25,950 bases of DNA, taken from positions 1 through 25,950 of IMG/VR virus record IMGVR_UViG_3300033076_000748. The stretch is one strand, 5' to 3'. The notes beneath the pieces were generated by a model. That model made no database searches and was not told where the DNA came from. It saw only the letters and a program-made list of their open reading frames with translations. Position numbers and translations under genes: made by a program. Positions 1 through 7,500 of this stretch are shown piece after piece. This stretch comes from a virus. Taxonomy: Duplodnaviria > Caudoviricetes. Position 1 is the first letter of the stretch. Each line of letters starts with the position of its first letter.

Positions 1-24
1 ATATTCAATCTACTGTTGTGACAT
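1..24 (-). CDS. 5' end of a probable gene running off the window, with in-frame TAG at codon 5 (MSQQ*IEY...)
   Basis: On the - strand AAGGAG (31-36) lies 6 nt before ATG (22-24). Reads ATG TCA CAA CAG TAG ATT GAA TAT. Only 8 codons are visible. Confidence 0.45.
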
Positions 25-157
25 TTTTATCTCCTTTGGTGTCATCTTTCTTACGTTCAATCGGCGGAGGAAAGTAAGGCTCAATAATGTAATGATTTGA
101 GCCCCACCAGCCTAGTGCCGATAAAGCACCGATAACGATGTATTCAAGTGCAAGCAT
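5..157 (-). CDS. small (50 aa) putative membrane protein
   Basis: Manual translation MLALEYIVIGALSALGWWGSNHYIIEPYFPPPIERKKDDTKGDKNVTTVD, TGA stop. Hydrophobic N-terminus, charged tail. Starts 6 nt after the tRNA CCA end. Too short for the supplied ORF track. Confidence 0.6.
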   Translation of the reverse strand: MLALEYIVIGALSALGWWGSNHYIIEPYFPPPIERKKDDTKGDKNVTTVD

Positions 158-163
158 AATGTT

Positions 164-238
164 TGGTGCGCTAGACAGGGATCGAACCTGCTATCTCGAG
201 TTTTAGAAGCTCTTGCTATACCAATTAGCCTCTAGCGC
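164..238 (-). tRNA. tRNA, best fold has anticodon CUA (amber suppressor-type), body resembles tRNA-Arg(UCU)
   Basis: Cloverleaf: GCGCTAG/CTAGCGC acceptor, GCTA/TAGC D-stem with GG in the loop, AGAGC-TTCTAAA-ACTCG anticodon arm (3 Watson-Crick pairs), 5-nt variable loop, GCAGG-TTCGATC-CCTGT T-arm, encoded A-CCA end. The tRNA call is firm; the anticodon call is less so. Confidence 0.85.
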
Positions 239-256
239 ATGTTTCTATTATATATG

Positions 257-1405
257 TTAAACCTTAAACCATGAAAGGAATTGGGCAATTTTCTTGGTAA
301 CACTTTCCCAATCTCCTCGCACAGGCTGTCTAAACAGTCGTGCTTGGCTGTACCAAGGACTGTCGTCACGATTCAACAACCAACGCCAATCCACAGCAAA
401 CTGATTGAGCATGATCCAAGTTGGGCGACCCAGCGCACCTGCTAAATGTGCAATAGCAGTATCTACAGATATTACTACATCAAGATGCATCATCAATGCA
501 GCAGTATCGGAAAAGCTAGAAATGCTGCCGGGATATGTTGTAACACCAGCAGCAGCTAATTCTTCATCTTCTTCCAGGGTACAATCCACTTGTAAGTTGA
601 TCCATTCGTATTGAGGATTATCTTTGATTAACTTTAGCATTGTTTCGAAAGGCATGCCCTTGTGCTGATTGAGCCAGCTATCACGCCGCCCTGACCAACT
701 AAATCCTACTCGCATGCGAGTCTTTGGTCCTAATCGTTCTAGCCATTGTTTAACTAATTCTGATTGCGCAGTTAGATAACTTTGTGGCCTAGGCAAATTT
801 TCAAGAGTAACTCCTAAAATTCCAGGAATACTCATGATCGGAACCCAATAATCAAACTCGCCCATGTCTGTGGAATAACCACTGACTTGTTCAATTATTG
901 AACTATTAGCAAACATAGGGATCAATCCGTCTGTGACTTGCAATTTAATCTTGGCGCCAGCAACGTGTAGATTAAACAAGAAACGAGAAAACTGAATACA
1001 ATCCCCGTGTCCTTGTTCGCCTACCACTAGGATGGTTTTGTCCTTGAGATCTTCTCCGCGCCAGCGTGGCTGTGCGTATTTGGGTTCTGTGCCAGCTAGA
1101 TGCTCATAGTCCCAGCGTGTTTCATATGCCGGCCACCCTTGACTATAGTTGCCCATGAGCAAGTATGTCACTGCAAGATTAAACTTTGCTGTGATATTGG
1201 CGGGGTCTAAATTAGCTGCATGTTGTAAAAACGGAACAGCACGTTCTGGGAACCCACATTCGCGCATTACATTACCATAATTGTTGAATGCCGCAGCAGA
1301 ATCGGGATCATTTACAAATGCAAGGGCATAGCATTGTAATGCACGTTCAGGTTGATTTTCTGCACGTAGTTGGTTGCCTTGTTCGATTAGTTCATTGGGA
1401 GTCAT
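257..1405 (-). CDS. TPR-repeat + glycosyltransferase (GT-B, GT9/heptosyltransferase-like) protein
   Basis: N-terminal TPR-like helices (AAAFNNYGNVMRE, AKFNLAVTYLLMG). Then EQGHGDCIQFSRFL, VGFSWSG, and DTAALMMHLDVVISVDTAIAHLAGALGRPTW...DWRW...DSPWY motifs typical of TPR-GT9 proteins. Confidence 0.85.
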   Translation of the reverse strand: MTPNELIEQGNQLRAENQPERALQCYALAFVNDPDSAAAFNNYGNVMRECGFPERAVPFLQHAANLDPANITAKFNLAVTYLLMGNYSQGWPAYETRWDYEHLAGTEPKYAQPRWRGEDLKDKTILVVGEQGHGDCIQFSRFLFNLHVAGAKIKLQVTDGLIPMFANSSIIEQVSGYSTDMGEFDYWVPIMSIPGILGVTLENLPRPQSYLTAQSELVKQWLERLGPKTRMRVGFSWSGRRDSWLNQHKGMPFETMLKLIKDNPQYEWINLQVDCTLEEDEELAAAGVTTYPGSISSFSDTAALMMHLDVVISVDTAIAHLAGALGRPTWIMLNQFAVDWRWLLNRDDSPWYSQARLFRQPVRGDWESVTKKIAQFLSWFKV

Positions 1406-1409
1406 GGGA

Positions 1410-1415
1410 TATTTA
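1410..1415 (-). promoter_or_regulatory. late-promoter-like TAAATA box for the TPR-glycosyltransferase gene
   Basis: TAAATA 4 nt upstream of ATG, no SD. The same box recurs before other structural genes. Confidence 0.55.
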
Positions 1416-1445
1416 CTTTGCTGTTCAGCTGCATTTTACATTTTC

Positions 1446-1453
1446 CATAAATA
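1446..1453 (+). promoter_or_regulatory. late-promoter-like CATAAATA box
   Basis: One mismatch to T4 late consensus TATAAATA; intergenic, upstream of the structured leader of the 1549 gene. Confidence 0.65.
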
Positions 1454-1454
1454 C

Positions 1455-1541
1455 TAGTTCAAAACTATCAACGCAATAATGCGTTTTATGCAGCTCACCA
1501 CTGCGTAGCGGCTAGAACCCGCATCGGGCTTCTATAAGGAG
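1455..1541 (+). promoter_or_regulatory. structured 5' leader (tandem hairpins plus possible pseudoknot) ending at the SD
   Basis: AACGCA/TGCGTT (1470-1485), TATGCAG/CTGCGTA (1487-1507), GCGG/CCGC (1508-1522). Loop TAGAA (1513-1517) is complementary to TTCTA (1530-1534). SD AAGGAG at 1536-1541. Confidence 0.55.
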
Positions 1542-1548
1542 AAATCAA

Positions 1549-2373
1549 ATGGGAAGAGCTCTAAAAATTCAAAAAACAAACACCGGTTCAGGTACCACTG
1601 TATCCGGAACAGTTACTACATATAACCAAAACGTACTAACTGACGCCGGTTATCCTAACTTCGGTAGTTTAACAAATCCAGTTTATAACACACCAGTGCA
1701 AACTCTTGACAGCACTCAATTCTTGGGCGTTGTTGGTGGTAGCGATACTGATAGTACAGCAAGTACTACATATCCAGAAATTCTTGCAACTGTTAATCTT
1801 AACTTGGCAGATGGCACAAGCACAACAGCTGGCACAGGACGTATTATCCGTCAAAAAGGTTCGCACAAGTTCTTGGTGGCTTACACAGGAAGCGCCACAA
1901 CTGCTGGTAGTTTTATTGTTGGTCAAGCATATAAGATTCTTAGCGTAGGTACAACAACTGACTGGAATGCAGTTGGCCACGGTGATGGTAACGCTGCCGC
2001 AGGTGACGAATTCACAGCCACATCTGCTGGCTCAGGCAACGGCACAGCATATCCAATTGGTCAATGCGTATTGGCAAACACTGCTAGCCCAACAGCAGGT
2101 TACATGAGCATTGCTTACTCTGTAGGCGACAGCTCTGCTGTGTATGCTAGCTACATCAGCAACAAGTGGATCCGTGATTGGTCTGGCATGACTTATGCTA
2201 CCTACGCTGATAGTAACCTTGGTGTTAACGTATATTCAGGCGAGAACTATTATGTTACTAACTTCTTCACCGACGAAGGTAACGTCGTTGTTTCTGGTGG
2301 TGAATTGTCTGGCTCTACAGCCACTACAAACCCAACAATCCAGTTGGCACAAGTTTCTAATGTAACAAGTTAA
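1549..2373 (+). CDS. hypothetical protein, probably virion structural (274 aa)
   Basis: Strong SD, late box upstream, Thr/Gly/Ser-rich beta-type composition, basic MGRALK start. Confidence 0.7.
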   Translation: MGRALKIQKTNTGSGTTVSGTVTTYNQNVLTDAGYPNFGSLTNPVYNTPVQTLDSTQFLGVVGGSDTDSTASTTYPEILATVNLNLADGTSTTAGTGRIIRQKGSHKFLVAYTGSATTAGSFIVGQAYKILSVGTTTDWNAVGHGDGNAAAGDEFTATSAGSGNGTAYPIGQCVLANTASPTAGYMSIAYSVGDSSAVYASYISNKWIRDWSGMTYATYADSNLGVNVYSGENYYVTNFFTDEGNVVVSGGELSGSTATTNPTIQLAQVSNVTS

Positions 2374-2388
2374 TTTGATTTAACCAGT

Positions 2389-2422
2389 GGATCCTCCTAG
2401 CTAATTACTAGGAGGATTTTTT
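2389..2422 (+). promoter_or_regulatory. hairpin sequestering SD AGGAGG, TAATTA in loop, followed by T-tract (possible terminator too)
   Basis: Perfect 10-bp ATCCTCCTAG (2391-2400)/CTAGGAGGAT (2408-2417), then TTTTT and the ATG at 2423. Confidence 0.7.
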
Positions 2423-3010
2423 ATGAGCAGAGCATTTGTATTAGGCAACGGCACCAGCCGTTTGGAAATAGATTTAAATCATTTAAAAACTCTGGGACCT
2501 ATCTACGGGTGTAATGCACTGTATAGAGAGTTTGTTCCAGATGTGCTAATCAGCACAGACAAGCCAATCAGTGCAAGGATACAAGAAGAAGGATACAGCT
2601 TAAAACATAAGTTTTACACTCGCCGTCCTGTACCTGGGCAAGGAGCATTTCCTGTGCCACAACAATATTATGGGTTTAGTTCAGGACCAATTGCTGTGGG
2701 TCAAGCTGCTTTGGACAAGCACATTGCAATTTATCTTCTGGGTTTTGATATGGGTCCTTCCCAGTTTGGCAAGTTCAATAATGTATATGCAGACACAGAA
2801 TTTTACAAAAAAAGCTCAGCCAACCCAACTTACACCGGGAATTGGGTTAGACAATTAATGACTGTTGCAAAAGACTTCCCTAATGTTAGTTTTTTTCGCA
2901 TCAAAGGCAGCACAACAGCAGACATTGCTGAACTCAACGGGGTGAAAAATCTTGCCCACATGCCCATGCAAGACTTTATAGACCGTATAAATAACAAAAA
3001 GGACCTGTAA
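2423..3010 (+). CDS. putative glycosyltransferase of sialyltransferase-like/Maf (DUF115)-like fold
   Basis: AFVLGNGTSR, IYGCNALYR, PDVLISTD, SSGPIA and IYLLGFD match the GNGxS...GxN...SG...IYLxGxD motif order of CstII/Maf-type proteins. Confidence 0.55.
   Translation: MSRAFVLGNGTSRLEIDLNHLKTLGPIYGCNALYREFVPDVLISTDKPISARIQEEGYSLKHKFYTRRPVPGQGAFPVPQQYYGFSSGPIAVGQAALDKHIAIYLLGFDMGPSQFGKFNNVYADTEFYKKSSANPTYTGNWVRQLMTVAKDFPNVSFFRIKGSTTADIAELNGVKNLAHMPMQDFIDRINNKKDL
2986..2993 (+). promoter_or_regulatory. T4-type late promoter TATAAATA
   Basis: Exact consensus 17 nt upstream of ATG 3011; SD-like AAGGA between them. Confidence 0.7.
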
Positions 3011-4486
3011 ATGACCACCTATAAGCGTGTTGCTGGCGACTATATTATCAAAACATTAGACGTCACAGATATTGTACAAATTGAAAGTACCACAACTGTT
3101 ATCACCGGAGACCTCAGCGTTTCTGGTAATGCCACATTGCTAGGCAACATTTCGGGCGATAAATTATTCAACGGAACTTCTAACGTTGAAATTGCAAGCG
3201 CAGGTAGCAACGTTACAATTGGTGTAGGCGGAACCAGCGTAGGCACTTACGCTACAACTGGGCATTATGTAAACGGTCTAGAATCAGTAACTGGTAACAT
3301 AATTGGTGGCAATGTTAATACTGCTGGCTTGGTTACAGCCACAGGTAACGTTACAGGCGGAAACATAAACACCAGCGGCAACATTGTTATTACAAGGGAC
3401 GCCAGTGTAAGTCAGCCTACAATTCGTTTCACAGACACTGATACCACTGTTTCTGACGGTACTGTGTTGGGCGCAGTTGAATGGTACACCAGCGATTTAT
3501 CCCCGGGCGCTCGAGTAACTTCGGCAATTAGATCAATTGCATCAGGAGTTGCAGGCAATGCTAACGTTGAAATTCTAACATCAACAGATGGCGCAGCAGC
3601 AACACAGAAATTTGTGGTATTATCAACGGGTAACGTTGGCGTTGCTAACTCTGCACCATTACATACATTTGCTGTCACAGGAACAACTTATATCAGTGGT
3701 AACGTAACAGGTGGCAACGTTGTTAGTTTAGGTGCAGTATCAGCTGCTGCTAACGTTTCTGCTACGGGTAATGTTATTGGTGGAAACGTCTTAACTGGGG
3801 GCATTGCGTCTGCAACTGGTAATATCACAGGTGGCAATGTTATTAGTTTGGGCGCTGTTTCTGCAGGCGCAGGCGGCGTTAGTGCAACAGGTAATATCAC
3901 AGGCGGCAACGTTAATAGCTTAGGCATTGCTTCTATCACCGGCAACATCATTGGTGGCAATGTAATTTTAGGAACAACGTTGAGTGCGTCAGGCAATGTG
4001 ATTGGTGGCAACGTTGTTGTCAGCGGTGCAAACATTTCAGGCAACAGTTTTGGCACAGGTATTGGTGTAGAAAACATTGTTTGGCAACCAACCACTGTGG
4101 CATTCAGCAGCGCAAGTATTGCAAACGTTGGAGTTCTAACATTCCCAACACTAGCAGGCGCCAGCTACAAATATGAAGCGTATTTGCCTATTATTCCCGA
4201 CGGTACGACAACCACCGGGTTCAGCACTTATTTCCAATCTGGAACTTGCTACTACACTGTTGAATTCCAAACTACACAAACTTCTACGTTTAACACATCA
4301 ACATCAAACGTAAGTGCTACGGCACCAGCAACAGCAAGTATGTCTGGCGTAACCCCACACGCTGCAAGAATTACAGGTACATTTTACAGTGCTTCAGCTG
4401 CAAACGTTGCTATCATGGCGCAAACCAGCGTTGCCAACATCAACATTCAATCTGGCGCTTACTTAACTTACACAAGAATCGGTTAA
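3011..4486 (+). CDS. fibre-like virion protein with GN(I/V)TGGN repeats (491 aa)
   Basis: Repeated SATGNITGGN units plus a distinct non-repetitive C-terminal domain. Confidence 0.75.
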   Translation: MTTYKRVAGDYIIKTLDVTDIVQIESTTTVITGDLSVSGNATLLGNISGDKLFNGTSNVEIASAGSNVTIGVGGTSVGTYATTGHYVNGLESVTGNIIGGNVNTAGLVTATGNVTGGNINTSGNIVITRDASVSQPTIRFTDTDTTVSDGTVLGAVEWYTSDLSPGARVTSAIRSIASGVAGNANVEILTSTDGAAATQKFVVLSTGNVGVANSAPLHTFAVTGTTYISGNVTGGNVVSLGAVSAAANVSATGNVIGGNVLTGGIASATGNITGGNVISLGAVSAGAGGVSATGNITGGNVNSLGIASITGNIIGGNVILGTTLSASGNVIGGNVVVSGANISGNSFGTGIGVENIVWQPTTVAFSSASIANVGVLTFPTLAGASYKYEAYLPIIPDGTTTTGFSTYFQSGTCYYTVEFQTTQTSTFNTSTSNVSATAPATASMSGVTPHAARITGTFYSASAANVAIMAQTSVANINIQSGAYLTYTRIG

Positions 4487-4491
4487 TCCCC

Positions 4492-4531
4492 AATCAGCGT
4501 CCTTTGGTAAATACACTAGAGGACCTTGATT
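4492..4531 (+). promoter_or_regulatory. hairpin over SD with late box TAAATA at the loop
   Basis: GTCCTTTGGT (4499-4508)/ACTAGAGGAC (4515-4524), 10 bp with 2 G-U, extended by AATCA/TGATT. TAAATA at 4508-4513; GAGGA in the 3' arm. Confidence 0.65.
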
Positions 4532-4535
4532 ATCC

Positions 4536-7500
4536 ATGGCACAACAAATTATTGATATTGGTGCGGCAGCGAACGATGGCACCGGAGAACCGTTACGTGA
4601 TGCTTTTAATGCCGTAAATGACAATTTTACGGAAATTTATGCGGCTGGCCCAGTTGATAGCAATATTGCAATTGCCAACAACACAATCAGCGTAACCAAC
4701 ACCAATGGAAATTTGGTACTGATGCCAAATGGCATTGGTGTATTACAGTCTAACAGCACCATTCTTCCCAGTATTGACAACGTTTATGACGTTGGTAGTC
4801 CTACTCTAAGATTCAACACAATCAATGCTGGTTACTTTGTTGGTAACGGTGCCGGCCTTACAGGTGTTGTTGCTGCGTCTGGTCCTTATATTGCAAACGG
4901 CACATCAAACGTTACTGTAGTTTCCAGCGGTGGTAATGTCACAATTGGAATCCAAACCACAAGCAACACAGTGGTTTTTGGGCGCTATGATTCCACATTC
5001 AAAGGCAACATTCTTCCAGCCTCTAACGTAACATACAATTTAGGTAGTCCTACTGCCGCCTGGAAGGACGTATATCTTTCAAACAGCACTGTTTATCTAA
5101 ACAATGCTGCTATTTCTGCTAACTCAACTGCTTTTAGTTTTACTACACCTGGTGGCGGAACTGTAGTCCTTGAAGGTTCTGGAACAATAACACCATATGG
5201 CAACTCAAATGTTCAGGCCTATTTGCCAACATATACCGGCGCATTGCGCGGCGCAAACGTCAGCGTCACTGGTAATGTAACCGGTAGTTATATCTTTGGT
5301 AATGGTAGTCAGCTTACTGGCTTACCTGCAACATATTCCAACGCCAATGTACAGGCATACCTGCCAACATATTCAGGCAACATTGGTTCATTGACCGCAG
5401 TTGGCAACGTTTTAATTGTTGATGGTGTTCTAACTGGTAACGGTGCAGGCTTGTATGGTGTTACTGCAACATCTAACGTTGGCTCAGCAAGCAAACTACA
5501 AAATGGTTCAACAGAATTTAACATTCCTCTGGCCAACGGTAACGTTGTTGGTAATATCGGCGGCATACCAAATGTATTTGAATTCTCAACAGTTGGTTTG
5601 AGTGTTGCTGGTAATGTAACATCAAACTATTTTATTGGTAACGGCTCTCAACTCACTGGCTTACCAGCAGGTTATTCAAACGCAGACGTTTCTTCATACC
5701 TTGCCAGTGGTACCAACTCAGCAAACATTATCACAACCGCTAATGTCAATGCTAACAACGTTAATGCCACTGGATTCATCAATGCTGGTAATATCACTAC
5801 AACAGGTTCAAGCGGTAACATCAGTGGCGCAAACTATGTTACAGCTAACTTCTTTGTTGGTAATGGTAGCCAACTGACTGGTATTGTATCAAGCTACGGT
5901 AATTCAAACGTGGCTACATATCTTGCCAGCGGAACAAATTCTGCCAACGTTGTTACAACTGGTAACGTCAGCGGTACTTACATTCTCGGTAACGTTGCTT
6001 TTGCCACAGGTATTCCTGCAACATATGGTAACTCAAATGTTGCGGCGTATCTAGCCAGTGGGACAGATACCAGTAATATTATCACAACTGCTAATATCAG
6101 CGGTCAATATATTTTAGGTAATGGTAGTCAGCTTACTGGCTTACCTGCTGGCTATGCCAATTCAGACGTTGCTACATTCCTTGCTAGTGGCACAGACGCT
6201 GCTAACATTGTAACAACTGGAAATATCAGCGGTACGTATTTTATCGGTAACGGTAGCCAACTTACTGGCTTACCTGCAAGCTATTCCAATGCTGAAGTTT
6301 CTGCATATTTGGCCAGCGGCACAAACTCTGCCAATGTCATTACAACAGCCAACGTTACTGGTGGTAATATTACCACAGTGGGTATTGTGTCGGCAGCGGC
6401 AAACGTTCGCGGTGGAAATATCAACACTGCCGGTTTGGTCAGCGCAACAGGCAACGTCTATGGTGGCAATATCAATACTGTAGGTATAGTTTCAGCCACA
6501 GGTAATATTGTAACTACAGCTAACATCAGCGGTGGTAATTTATCGCTGTCTGGTATATTTGGTGCAAGCACACTCAGTGCTACTGCCAACGTCGATGGTG
6601 GCAATTTACGCACACCTGGTGTGGTCAGCGCATCTGGTAACATTATCACTGACGGTTACTTTGTTGGTAACTTTGCTGGCAACATCACAGGCAACTTAAC
6701 AGTTCCTGGCTCAAACACACAAGTACTTTACAATGCAAATGGCAATGCTGGTGCTGTAGCAGGATTTACATACGCTTCTGACTCTAACACAATGACTGTG
6801 TTGGGTGTGGTATCTGCACAAGGCAACGTTGTTGCTGGAAATGTAACAACCGTTGGACAAGTCAGTGCTGCTGGTAATATCACTGGTGGCAATTTGGGTG
6901 TTGCGGGTAATGTAAGTGCCACTGCCAATGTCAATGGCGGCAACATAATTTCTACTGCTCTTGTACAAGGCGCTAGCGTATCAGCCAGCGGCAACGTCAC
7001 TAGCGGAAACGTTAATACTGGCGGACTGATCACAGCCGCTGGCAACATTACTGGTGGAAACATTAATACCGCTGGCTCAATTTCGGCAACAGGCAACATT
7101 ACAGGCGGCAATCTAAGTGGTACTAGCATTGCTGGTACTTTGACTACCGCAGCTCAAACAAATATTACCAGTGTTGGTACGCTAGGATCATTGACTGTGA
7201 CTGCAAACGTAGCAGGCGGCAACCTTGTCACAGGCGGGCAAGTCTCAGCATCTGGCAACATTACAGGTGGCAATTTGAATATTGCCGGTAACATTGTTGA
7301 TACCGGCGCATTGACAATTATCACTGGCAGCAATGGCAATATTGCATTAGCCCCAAACGGAACTGGCATTGTTACTGCTTCTAGTGCTGTCAGTGCTACT
7401 GGCAACATCACAGGTGGAAACTTAAATGCCACAGGCTTGAGCCTAAGTGGCAACGTAGTCAGCGCACTGGTCTCAGCAGCCAATATTACAACCACAGCCA

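Noticed and set aside
164-238. tRNA as a prophage attachment site or tRNA-Pyl
   Set aside because: No integrase or duplicated tRNA 3' end in the window; the spacing, D-loop GG and TTC are canonical rather than Pyl-like.
247-276. sigma70 promoter for the tRNA
   Set aside because: TATAAT is present on the - strand (247-252) but the -35 match is poor and the region is AT-rich, so it was not called.
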